A DNA stretch of 64,000 nucleotides, taken from Octopus sinensis (taxonomy: Eukaryota). The notes under the pieces are model-generated. The model did not search any database and was not told the DNA's origin. It saw only the letters and a list, made by a program, of their open reading frames with translations. The stretch is from the NCBI RefSeq assembly GCF_006345805.1, contig NC_043012.1, forward strand, positions 35,712,001-35,776,000, written 5' to 3'. Every line of letters begins with the position of its first letter. Position 1 is the stretch's first letter. Positions 12,217 through 23,475 of this stretch are shown here, in pieces. Both the position numbers and the translations under genes were made by a program.

Positions 12217-15114
12217 ACAGGCAAAGGACACAGGTACAAGATTTTCTGGGCAGGAAACACTGACGGGGTTGGAGGCGTGGGTATACTTCTCGCTGAAAAA
12301 TTGGTAGATAAGGTACTTGAGGTAATCAGAGTAAGTGACAGAATACTTAAGATTAGAATAGTGCTTCATCATAGATTAGCAACTATTATATCGGCATATG
12401 CTCCTCAGCCAGGGCTACCCGATGGACAGAAAGACAGTTTCTATGACACCCTACTGCAGACTACCTCGTTGACGAACGACAGAGACCTTATCTTTGTGGC
12501 TGGTGACTTCAATGGTCACGTTGGACGACATGCTGGGGGCTTCCATGGCGTACATGGAGGCTATGGCTATGGTTCCTGCAACGAGGAGGGAACCAGACTC
12601 CTGGAGTTCTGCGATGCAAATGATCTTATGGTTTGCAACACTAACTTCAGGAAACCGACAAGCCACCTAGTCACCTACCGATCGGGTCGACATACCAGCC
12701 AAAATGACTACATCCTTGCCAGAAAAAGGGAAAGATGGATGCTTATAAATGCCAAAACCTTCCCAGGCGAAGAATGTACCCCACAACATAGACTGGTAGT
12801 TAGTGACTTTAGGATCAGGACTAAGAGAACGACCAGAAGACGACCAACATGGAGAAGAAGGATCTGGAAGCTTAAAGATCCTGCAAATGGACAGAGATTT
12901 AGGGACATATTACTTGAAGCCTTTGACGAAGTAGAAGGGGATAGAGCATCACAGGGGGTTGAAGACAACTGGACGTTTCTAAGGGACAACCTGCTGAGAG
13001 CCACTGACCAGATCTGTGGCTAGTGCAAAGTCCCCTCTCGACCTAGAATAACGTGGTGGTGGAACAATGTTGTAGACAGGGCTATTAGAGAAAAGAGACA
13101 GGCTTGGAAGGACTGGAAAAATGGGTGTAGCAGGGAATTGTATCAGACTGCCAAAAGAGAAGCTAGGAGACAGGTTTATTTAACCAGAGGGGAAGCAGGT
13201 AAGAAAAAATTTGCCAATGTTCTGCGCCGTGAGGACCAAAGACTTGAGGTATTCCGCGTTGCAAGACAGTGTGTGAGAGAGAATCGTGATGTGGTAGGAG
13301 AGAAATGTGTTCGCATGGATGATGGTTCACTTGCGCTAAATGAGGATGCAAAGAGAGAGGTGTGGAGATGCCACTATGAAAGGTTGCTGAATGAGGAAAA
13401 TGAATGGGATAAAGAGAGTCTGCCAAATGTCGACCCAACAGAGGGACCAGCTATCCGAGTTGAGAGTTCCTTGGTAATTGAATCAATTAGAAGCATGAAG
13501 ACAGGGAAAGCCCCAGGCCCATCAGGAATTACTGCAGAGATGCTCAAAATATCTGGTAGTGTCGGCTATAGCCTAGTCACCCGTATAGTTAACCAGGTAA
13601 TACACGAAGGATTCATACCCAATGACTGGTGTAGCAGCATAATAGTCAACTGCTACAAAGGTAAAGGTGACGCCCTAGATACAAATAATTACAGAGGTAT
13701 CAAGCTGTTGGATCAGGTAATGAAGGTTACGGAGAGGGTCATAGCCCAACTAATTAGAGAGAGAGTTAGTTTAGATGAGATGCAGTTTGGGTTCGTGCCA
13801 GGGAAAAGCACCACTGATGCCATATTCCTGGTAAGACAGCTGCAGGAGAAATATCTAGCCAAAGATATGCCCCTGTACCTGGCTTTCGTTGACATGGAGA
13901 AAGCTTTCGACAGGGTCCCCCGATCCCTTATCTGGTGGTCAATGAGGAAATTAGGGATAGATGAATGGTTAGTGAGAGCTGTGCAAGCCATGTACAGGGA
14001 CGCTGCTTGTAAGGTGAGGGTTGGCTACGAGTACAGTGAAGAATTCCGGGTAGAGGTAGGGGTCCACCAAGGTTCAGTCCTCAGCCCCCTCCTATTTATC
14101 GTAGTCCTCCAGGCAATAACGGAGGAATTCAAGACAGGATGCCCCTGGGAGCTCCTCTATGCTGATGACCTTGCTCTAATTGCTGAGTCACTATCAGAAC
14201 TGGAGGAGAAGTTTCAGGTGTGGAAGCAAGGATTAGAATCGAAGGGCCTTAGAGTCAACCTAGCTAAAACCAAAGTCCTAATAAGTAGGAAGGTAGACAA
14301 GTCACAAACGCCTTCAGGTAGATGGCCTTGCTCGATCTGTAGGAAAGGCGTAGGTAGAAACTCTATAAGATGCACCAAGTGTAAGCTATGGATACACAAG
14401 AGGTGCAGCAACGTCAAGGGAAGGCTAACTAGGAAGATAGTTTTTGTATGTGGCAGATGCTCAGGAGCAATAAACACTGAAAATGCTCTGAGACCAACTT
14501 CCGTCACTTTCCAGGGAGAAAAACTAGAAATAGTTGATAGCTTCCGTTACCTAGGTGACCAAGTCAGTAGCGGGGGCGGGTGTGTTGAAAGTGTAACTGC
14601 TAGAGTAAGAATAGCTTGGGCAAAGTTCAGAGAGCTCTTACCTCTGCTAGGGACAAAAGGCCTCTCGCTCAGAGTAAAAGGTAGACTGTATGATGCTTGT
14701 GTACGAACAGCCATGCTACATGGCAGTGAAACATGGGCCGTGACTGCTGAGGATATGCGTAAGCTCGCAAGAAATGAAGCCAGTATGCTCCGATGGATGT
14801 GTAATGTCAGTGTTCATACTCGACAGAGTGTAAGTACCTTGAGAGAGAAGTTGGACCTAAGAAGCATCAGTTGCGGTGTGCAAGAGAGACGTTTGCGCTG
14901 GTATGGCCATGTGGCGAGAATGGATGAAGATAGTTGTGTGAAAAAGTGCCACACCCTAGCTGTTTAGGGAATCTGTGGAAGAGGCAGACCCAGGAAAACC
15001 TGGGACGAGGTGGTGAAGCACGACCTTCGAATTTTAGGTCTCACCGAGGAAATGACTAGAGACCGAGACCTTTGGAAGTATGCTGTGCGTGAGAAGACCC
15101 GGCAGGACAAGTGA
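12217..15114 (+). pseudogene. RTE ORF (APE + RT with inserted PHD finger), one reading frame with two nonsense codons
   Basis: ORFs 12277-13023 and 13138-14967 share a frame. TAG at 13021 and 14965; read-through gives GRGRPRKTW..DRDLW ending at TGA 15112-15114. Motifs KAFDRV, QGSVLSP and YADD (14158-14169). Confidence 0.92.
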
Positions 15115-15287
15115 GACCATCACCCATGGCCTCAGTCCACTTATGCATACCTTTCCTTCTTGGGACACAAAACCCTACTTGTGAAGACCTGTTGAGGCAA
15201 GTGAAAATCAAAAAATCAAAAAATCAAAAAAATAAAAAATCAAAATTGATCAACATGAATGGAAATTGTCGCTGTGATATCAGTGCT

Positions 15288-15485
15288 GGTGGCACATAAG
15301 AGAACCATCCGAACGTGGCCGTTGCCAGTGCCGCCTTGACTGGCACGTAAAAAGCACCATCCGATCGTGGCCGTTTGCCAGCCTCGCCTGGCCTCCGTGC
15401 CGGTGGCACGTAAAAAGCACCATCCGACCGTGGCCGTTTGCCAGACTTGTCTGGCACCTGTGCGGGTGGCACGTAAAAAGCACCC
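15288..15485 (+). repeat. ~55-65 bp tandem repeats in the RTE 3'UTR
   Basis: GGCACGTAAAAAGCACCATCCG..CGTGGCCGTTTGCCAG repeated 3-4 times; also present in the copy at 50570-50915. Confidence 0.85.
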
Positions 15486-16267
15486 ACTACACTCATGGAG
15501 TGGTTGGCGTTAGGAAGGGCATCCAGCCGTAGAAACATTGCCAGATCAGACTGGGCCTAGTGCAGCCTTCTGGCTTCCCAGACCCCAGTTACACCGTCCA
15601 ACCCATGCCAGCATGGAAAGCTGACGCTAAACGATGATGATGATGATGATGATACATTATATTTGTATCTATAATTTATTTTAAGCCGAAACATAATACG
15701 ATCCTTGTACGAACGAAAGAACAAGAATGTCCTCTGGAACTTTTATCTTCCACCGGTGTTTGTAATTGATGGTGATATGTGCGATGATTTTGCGATTAGC
15801 TTCTATTTTACAGAGAAATTGGAAGCCCCGAATGTAAGCCACCACTTTATGCATAAATCAATATTTATAGTTCTCTATTTCTAACTGAAATTCTGTCCTC
15901 TATAATTGTAGATAACTATTTCTAAATGTAATTCTTTTTCTTCTCGTTCAGCTTATAACTATAAGACTCATACTTGTCTACCTCTTGAAAAGCATTTTTC
16001 CTCGAGCGTCCACCACTTCACCTCGTTAGGGTTAAACAGTGCTTACCGAAGGTTTTCACTGTCCTGTTTTTGTTAGCAGCTCTGACGTTCCACGTATCTC
16101 AAATTTTATTTAATTTGCTTTGGAGGAGCAATTGCTTTGACGAAGACGCATCTTGTTGCAATGCGAAGTAGGTAAAACTGCCAACAATTGAGGAAGTGTT
16201 GTTTTCTTTTTTGCTGCCTTCGCGCTGTAGTTCTCTCTATATAATTGATTTTCTTTCTTTCTTTCTT

Positions 16268-16410
16268 AGCCAAGCCAAGCCAAGCCAAGCCAAGCCATAA
16301 TGCTCACTGTGGTGTCGTAGCCGTGAACAGTGAGCCCAATGGTGCCCAGAGGAGCTCTGGTTGCCATAGCGCTCACTGTGGTGTCGTAGCCGCGGACAGT
16401 GAGCCTAATG
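16268..16410. repeat. (AGCCA)n followed by two 69-bp tandem units, each with a hairpin
   Basis: GCTCACTGT...ACAGTGAGC at 16302-16335 and 16371-16404. Confidence 0.85.
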
Positions 16411-16829
16411 TAATGCATGTGTAAAATTTGAATGAAATTGGTTGTGTAGTTCTCTTTTTTTAGGGATTCACACAGACAGACAGACACACATTTCATGCCA
16501 AATCACCACACAGTGGGATGGAATTCAGGACCATTCGTCTTGGAACTAAGATTGTTACCACACAGCCACACCTGCCTCTATGTATGTGTGTGTATGTGTG
16601 TATATATGTATGCATGTATATATGGGAATATATGTGTACATATTAAATGTACATCTGTATAAATACATCTACACATACATCTATACATATATATATCTAT
16701 ATCTATAGAAGTGTATACATATACAGCTATACACACATACACACACACAAATACATTGGTGCAGGTGTGGCTAAGTGGTAACAAACTTCATTCTAAAACA
16801 CATGGTCCTCAGTTTATATTTAAATTTAA

Positions 16830-16960
16830 AATAATAAGGGTGGGAAATTGAATATTAATTTGATTGATATGAATTGAAAACCAGTGGAGTAGCATATAAG
16901 ACCATAGCGGATCTTCTAGCAAATGGATGTCCACTGTTAATAGTTCATCCCTCTTATATA
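16830..16960. mobile_element. Short (AT)-associated repeat (family F), related copies at 31752-31958 and possibly 23142-23216
   Basis: Reverse complement shares ATAAG.GG.ATG...AGTGGACATCCAT..TGCTAGA and CACTGGTTTT...AATATTC.ATTT...CCCTTATTAT with 31752-31958. Confidence 0.6.
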
Positions 16961-17089
16961 ATAGTTTGACTTTAATAGTTTCAGTATTAAAGTGAAAGTA
17001 TCTGACATTACAATAGAGAGATGTTTTTGTTTCACTTTTAACACGTAATACTGAAATAGTGGAGAAGATACGATATTGCTGATAGGCAG

Positions 17090-17242
17090 GAAGTTAGAAT
17101 CTTTTTGCACATGACACTAATGCACCCTAAGTAAGGCATGTGTAAAATTTGAATGAAATTGGTTGTGTAGTTCTCAAGTTTTAGGGAAACACACAGACAG
17201 ACAGACAACAGATACACAGTCATAGTTTTATATATATAAAGA
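17090..17242 (-). mobile_element. Probable non-autonomous Helitron/DINE-like 5' end (second copy at 16414-16492)
   Basis: Minus strand A|TCTTTATATATATAAAA..(GTCT)n..CCTAAAACTTGAGAACTACACAACCAATTTCATTCAAATTTTACAC, architecture typical of Helitron-N 5' ends; no 3' CTRR end confirmed. Confidence 0.5.
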
Positions 17243-17374
17243 TAAACGCTATCAACCTTCTTCCATCTGAATTCCGCCACCAGCATTGGATTAAAGATAG
17301 GAACTTGTAACGCGAAACAGTTACGGAAGGGAGATAACTTCTGCTCATTCGTGTTAAAAATAAATATCTTTTCC

Positions 17375-17495
17375 ATTCTATTTTGTGGGAGGGAGCCAGA
17401 CGATTAGATCGACCTCAGTACGTAACTGGTATCGACCCCGAAAGGATGAAAGGCAAATTCGACCTCGCCGGAATTTGAATTCAGAACGTAAGGTT
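17375..17495 (-). mobile_element. Meta-domain-like SINE fragment (family D)
   Basis: Revcomp of GAGGTCGA.TTTGCCTTTCATCCTTTCGGGGTCGAT; other fragments at 30540-30700 (-), 38490-38660 (+), 41830-41940 (-) and 62515-62730 (+). Confidence 0.8.
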
Positions 17496-17516
17496 AAAAA
17501 TATCGTCACTGAATAT

Positions 17517-17735
17517 TGTATGTATGTATGTATGTATGTATGTGTATGTATGTATGTATGTATGTATGTATGTATGTATGTATGTGTGTGTGTGTGTGTG
17601 TGTGTACGCATGTATGTATGTATGTGGTATGCATGTATGTACGCATGTATTTATGTATGCATGTATGTGTATATATGTATATATCTATATGTATGTATTT
17701 ATGTATGTATGTATGTATGTATGTATGTATGCATT

Positions 17736-17768
<33 letters not shown>

Positions 17769-17844
17769 GTGTGTGTGTGTGAGAGTGTATGTATGTATGT
17801 ATGTATGTATGTATGTATGTATGTATGTATGTATGTGTGTATGT

Positions 17845-17889
<45 letters not shown>

Positions 17890-17920
17890 TGCGTGCGCGT
17901 GTGTGAGTGTATGTATGTAT
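17517..17920. repeat. (TATG)n/(TG)n compound microsatellite
   Basis: Directly visible; similar arrays at 4270-4710, 25380-26000, 29230-29660, 41950-42170, 46930-47380 and 52340-53480. Confidence 0.95.
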
Positions 17921-18039
17921 TTTTGAGGACAAAAGGCGTGCGATTGACGTGATATTCTTGGCAAGACAACATCACGAAAAGTGTATCGAATAAAGACTGG
18001 ATCTATTTCATGTGTTCGTTGTTTCAGTAAATAAACAAA

Positions 18040-18459
18040 GGTCTTTAGGAGGTTCTGAGAAAACATGGGTGTCCAAATAAGTCTGTGACGATTCTTCGTC
18101 AATTCTACGACAACAGAAAGGCCTGGATGAATGATGGCAGCAATGCATCACATCCTGTTGCTATGAATGATGGTGTCAAACAAAGCGACGTTCCAGCGCC
18201 AACGCTCTTTCTCTCCTGTATCTATGTCGATAGAAACATATGTCGGGTTTCGTACAGCTCTTTAACTCTTTTACTCTTCTACTTGTTTCAGTCATGTGAC
18301 TGTGGCCATGCTGGAGCACCGCCTTTTACTCGTGCAAATCGACCCCAGGACTTATTCTTTGTAAGCCTAGTACTTATTCTATCGGTCTCTTTTTGCCGAA
18401 CCGCTAAGTTACGGGGACGTAAACACACCAGCATCGGTTGTCAAGCGATGTTAGGAGGA

Positions 18460-18497
<38 letters not shown>

Positions 18498-18915
18498 CGA
18501 CAGGCTTCTTTCAGTTTCCGTCTACCAAATCCACTCACAAGGCTTTCGTTGGCCCGAGGCTATAGTAGAAGACACTTGCCCAAAGTGCCACGTAGTGGGA
18601 CTGAGCCCGGAACCATGTGGTTGGCAAGCAAGCTACTTACCACACAGCCACTCCTGCGCCTAGGAAACTTTTCCATCTAAGACACCTGAATCATGTTCTT
18701 ATTGCTAAGAAATTTCAAGAAGATTACGCAGCATATTATGGATCCCTCCAATGCTTGTTCTATGTTAGGCTTGGCGATATGTCTCGGAAAGATTGCTGTC
18801 CCCTATCAGCCTGCGTCAGGAGTGCCATGTAGGGAACTAGATATCTGAGTGCATAGTCAGAAGCCTCAAGTTGTAGACAAGTTTGTGTATCTTGGCAACA
18901 CCCTTAGTGTACCAT
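18040..18915 (+). pseudogene. Old RTE/BovB-like RT remnant split by a SINE insertion
   Basis: LRKHGCPNKSVTILRQFYD..NDGVKQSDVPAPTLF before the SINE; RKLFHLRHL and QVVDKFVYLGNTLS after it. Confidence 0.75.
18262..18661 (-). mobile_element. Full-length family C SINE (tRNA head, CORE-like TTGGGCAAGT, internal microsatellite, GAGTAAAA-type tail)
   Basis: Minus strand GCAGGAGTGGCTGTGTGGTAAG..CTCAGTCCCAC..TTGGGCAAGTGTCTTCTACTATAGCC; matches 49218-49635 and 58800-59215. Confidence 0.9.
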
Positions 18916-18970
18916 GCAGCCTTGACACACACACACGCACACACACACACACACACAACACACACACACA

Positions 18971-19019
<49 letters not shown>

Positions 19020-20740
19020 ACACACACACACGCGCGCGCAAGCACACACGCGCTCATTACGCGTTGACTCACGCCCGCGCTTGCGCGCATATTGAAACAA
19101 ATATAATAGGTTGACAATGTGTAGTAAGAAATAATTATCTCCCTTAGTATATCTGATTACCTCCCTTACATCATGTTTTCTTCTGCTGCACCTGAAAGGT
19201 GGAAACATGGAAAAGATTAATGCCAACGGGTGATACAGACATGCTTAACAGACACGGCAGCTACGTCAAATACGGATCAACGCTATATAAGCTGCGGAAA
19301 TTGTCAGAAATTGTAGAATTAAAATAATTGACAACAGAGTAATTCGCTCAGCGTTCCCGAAACAGCGTTCCTTCTCTCTTTACCGTAAAATTAGTGTTTT
19401 TCGACATATGTCCATAAGGGATTTTTATCTCAGTATGAACGTGGCTGTAACCTGTCTGTCGACGGTGTATTGATGTCGTATGTTCAATACATAGGCGGCT
19501 ATTTTAACGAAACAAAATCTTCTTAGGAAGAACTTCAAATATAGGTTCTCAACTATGTTTTTAATCTATCGAACCTTTTGATTACTATTTCATTCTGACG
19601 AACACCTATCCTCTACCTATGTCAACCATTTTGATGTTTAAAAGCTAATTTTTTCACCCATTCATTTGTGTAGGTTTGCTACAGAGTTCTCTAAGCGAAC
19701 TTGTTTCAGAGATTGTGTATATGTCTTGACACATTTTTGCTACAGTTAAATTTTAAAGTTTTTCCCCGTTTAGATCTTCATTCTTTTCTAGCTGTTCCAA
19801 TTCCATAGAAAGGTGTTTTCACATCTTTCTACCATAAGAGATATTTTTTCTCCACGGTAACTGCTAGCCCAAGTTCTTCTCACACTTAAATACTTCTTCG
19901 CGATAACGCTTTGTTATATATATATATATAATACAAAATGGGACAAGAACGCAAAATATCCAGACAGTTAGGTGATACAAAAAAGGGACAACAAAACATC
20001 CAGATAGATGATACAATGAAAACAAGGACGGGTCATTCGGAGTTTTCTTTCCTCAGCCGAGTTCCAGATTATCTTTAATAGCTGACGTAATTCCCAGGAA
20101 AACGGGGCATATCCCTTGGTTCCGTTCTCATAATTGTTTCGCTAATCCAGTAAAAGCAATACAAAATATGTAGCCCTTAAAACGGTTTTTGTGCATTTTA
20201 CAGAGAATACCGAACTGTCTTACATAGGATCTTGTTTTTAGGAATTCCCAATGAGTTATGAATACCAAAATTGTAAAGTCAATTATGTAATAACATGAAA
20301 TTGGTTACCCGATAGTAAGAATTCAAATAAAGTAGTCTCGAAAAGGGTTTAATGCGTTCCCAGAGTATATAGAACATAGGAGGAAATACCAATAAGGTAT
20401 GTATACTAAAATCTTGAAGCATGTTACATAATAAAATGCTAATTGGATATAAGATAATAGCAATTCAAAGTAAATGACTCTGAAAAGGGTTTTTGTGCTC
20501 TCCCAGAGAATATTACCCTCAGCGGCACTAGTGTTGGTATATTCGTGAATAAGTCACTGACCAAAATAAGGGGACCTATTGTTTAGGAAAATACTATTTA
20601 GTTGTTTAAGGGTTGTACTGGCTAAATTGCGAAAATAACTGTAACAGTTCAAATACTAAGAAATAAGCATACTCAATTTGATTTATAACAAATGATTTAG
20701 GAAAATGAATGGGTTATTTCCCTTGGCTGTTAAAATGAAA

Positions 20741-20744
<4 letters not shown>

Positions 20745-20819
<75 letters not shown>

Positions 20820-20980
20820 ATCCCTTCCAGGGGCCCTATTATCGATTTTTTTTCAACTATCTGAGTATGCTATGAGGTTTCCAGAGATGAGTTCTACTCA
20901 TGTGTTAAGTTCCATCAAAATCGATAAAATGATATAGGAGTTAGCTAACAACTCCACAAACAGAATTTCCCACATATGTA

Positions 20981-21021
<41 letters not shown>

Positions 21022-21024
21022 GTA

Positions 21025-21071
<47 letters not shown>

Positions 21072-21141
21072 TACAATTGTTCGTTTGTCTTCCACCTGCC
21101 TTCGTCTTTTGTTATTTTCATAAAGCTTCCCGTTATATATA

Positions 21142-21193
<52 letters not shown>

Positions 21194-21212
21194 ATATATA
21201 TATATCTATATC

Positions 21213-21243
<31 letters not shown>

Positions 21244-21304
21244 ATATAATATATATATATATATATATATGTAGTGTATATATATATAATATGTAGTGTA
21301 TATA

Positions 21305-21348
<44 letters not shown>

Positions 21349-21353
21349 ATATT

Positions 21354-21384
<31 letters not shown>

Positions 21385-21441
21385 ATATATATATATATAG
21401 ATATATATATATGTCGTATATATATATGTATATATATATAT
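20745..21441. repeat. (AT)n arrays with small inserted repeat fragments (20815-20980, 21070-21133)
   Basis: Directly visible; 21075-21133 resembles the 3' terminus of the element at 23326-23475. Confidence 0.85.
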
Positions 21442-22426
21442 CAGAGGCGACTCCAGGTCATCAGCGTCATTCGGGGGCTCATTACAGATTTCGCATAAGA
21501 CACATGCCTGCTCGAAGAATTTCACATTTTCGGCTTTATTTCTAGCCCAAATTGGCTTATTTTTCTTGTATCTAGCACAATGCCTTTCACCATTTCTGAG
21601 GTAAATGTTAAAATAAAGCAACCCTGCAAAGCACAACTGATCTTTGTATACAGACGCACAGAATAACAGCGGAATCAAATAACGACAACAAACATCAGCG
21701 ATCTGATTGTCACCTGTATTCTTAACAAGAGATGCCAGTTAGCTTTTTACATCTACCAAGCTCGTGTGTATTAGCTCGAGTTACTGGATATTTTTTTGTT
21801 CCTCTAAGAATATTATCCAATGGAAAGTTTTCATAGATTGGAATTTAAATCGTAATTTCTACAAAAATTTATTGTTTCAAGAAAACATCGAATTACTTTT
21901 AATTTTTACGATTATAGATAACAACCGAGGCCGTAACTCCTGAGCCCGAGTCAGGTACGGGTGAACGATGTCGAGAGAACGTCGGCTATGAATGATAGTT
22001 TTTTGACTCGGGGCACCTCTAAGACGAGGTAAATAATACCGAGGAGTACAAGTTTGACTATTACGATGTTCTGTTTATAAATATCTGGGTCCATTTGTAT
22101 GAAACGATTGTATGGGAATATGAAAAATAAATATGAATGAATTTGTTATGTGTATGTGTGTGTGTGTGTGTGTGCGCGCGCGCCATTAAAGGCTTAAATG
22201 TTTGTAATGTCATTCGGATAGTATAAGAGATAATAGACTGTTGACCTATATATTGGTCATTTGATTTCGAAGGCGTGTTTGTGCGTGTGTGTGTGGGTGT
22301 TCGTCTGTGCATGTCGCTTTCTGTAGCTAGATAGGAATTTAATTACTATTTAGGCTGAAATTGTTTACATTTTTATACTCGAACTAATCAGAGGAAAAAA
22401 TTAAGGAAAAGACGAAGACGGGTGTA

Positions 22427-22459
<33 letters not shown>

Positions 22460-22496
22460 ATTATATATATATATATTATATATATATATTATATTA

Positions 22497-22829
22497 AATC
22501 TCTCTGAGATATTTAGAAATTTTATATTTCTAATTTTGGTGATCAGCGAATAAACTTCACTGAAAATATATATATTTGCAGAGGCTTGGCAAACATCTTC
22601 AGCTAGCAGGACTGGCTACCCTAGACTGATGACGAGCAAGACTCAGAAACCAGCATGTCTCTAGGTGCAGGCCCTCGCTAGTGGGGGTGCTTGTCTCCCC
22701 TTCGTAAACATAAGGACACAGGAAATGTGTCAAAGCCGACAGGAAGCGTCGATGCATCTTGGGGCTAAATAGCGGTGAGTTGATTCCCTTTACGGGACTG
22801 TCACGTTAAGTTGACAGTATACAACCGCT
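22497..22829 (+). mobile_element. Non-coding, highly structured hammerhead-containing element inside an (AT)n array (retrozyme / Penelope pLTR-like)
   Basis: Bounded by (AT)n on the left and (CT)n(AT)n on the right; contains the HHR plus five further hairpins; no ORF. Confidence 0.7.
22602..22682 (+). ncRNA. Type I hammerhead ribozyme (predicted cleavage after GUC at 22659)
   Basis: Stem I CCTAGA (22620-25)/TCTAGG (22660-65); CTGATGA 22626-32; stem II GAG-caaga-CTC with a C.A mismatch at its base; GAAA 22646-49; stem III AC-cagcat-GT; C17. Distal stem I CTG/CAG, AGG/CCT, GCTAGC/GCTAGT. Confidence 0.8.
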
Positions 22830-22833
22830 CTTT

Positions 22834-22903
<70 letters not shown>

Positions 22904-23030
22904 ATATATATACATATATATATATATATGTATGTATGTATGTATATAATTCAAATTTACATATATATATATATATATATATGTAAATTTGAATTATATA
23001 TATATATATATGTAAATTTGAATTATATAC

Positions 23031-23116
<86 letters not shown>

Positions 23117-23222
23117 ATATATATATACATAATATCCGTAAATATAAGAGAGCCAACTTTGAATATGTTAACTCTAGTGCTAGAAATAGCTCCACGTTAA
23201 AGTCACCCTCATTATTGAATAT

Positions 23223-23314
<92 letters not shown>

Positions 23315-23325
23315 TATATATATAT

Positions 23326-23475
23326 AATTCAAATTTACAGAAAACAAAAGACGAAGACAGGTGAGGGAACAACAAGCAGGTGTATTAGTTTAACGCTCGG
23401 GAAGAATGGAAAAGTCTTTTACGTTTCGTGCCTACGCTCTTCAACAGAAAGGATTAAGAAGAAAAAAGGAGAGAG
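23326..23475 (-). mobile_element. Penelope pLTR-like 3' fragment with a minimal hammerhead motif, attached to (AT)n
   Basis: Minus strand CTTT-CTGTTGA-A-GAGC gtag GCAC-GAAA-CG-TA-AAAG at 23451-23416 (A6U core variant, one stem II mismatch). Related termini at 22395-22425, 45603-45676 and 52990-53080. Confidence 0.65.

Larger units (their letters stand above)
12217..15653 (+). mobile_element. RTE-clade LINE, 5'-truncated within the APE endonuclease, with 3'UTR and (GAT)n tail
   Basis: APE motifs (SAYAPQ, AGDFNGHVG, QHRLVV), RT motifs, tail GGTTGGCGTTAGGAAGGGCATCCAGCCGTAG and (GAT)n to 15653; no TSD seen. Confidence 0.95.

Noticed and set aside
21441-21470. CTGATGA plus hairpin on the minus strand next to (AT)n
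   Set aside because: No GAAA or NUH; truncated by the microsatellite, so it cannot be called a ribozyme.
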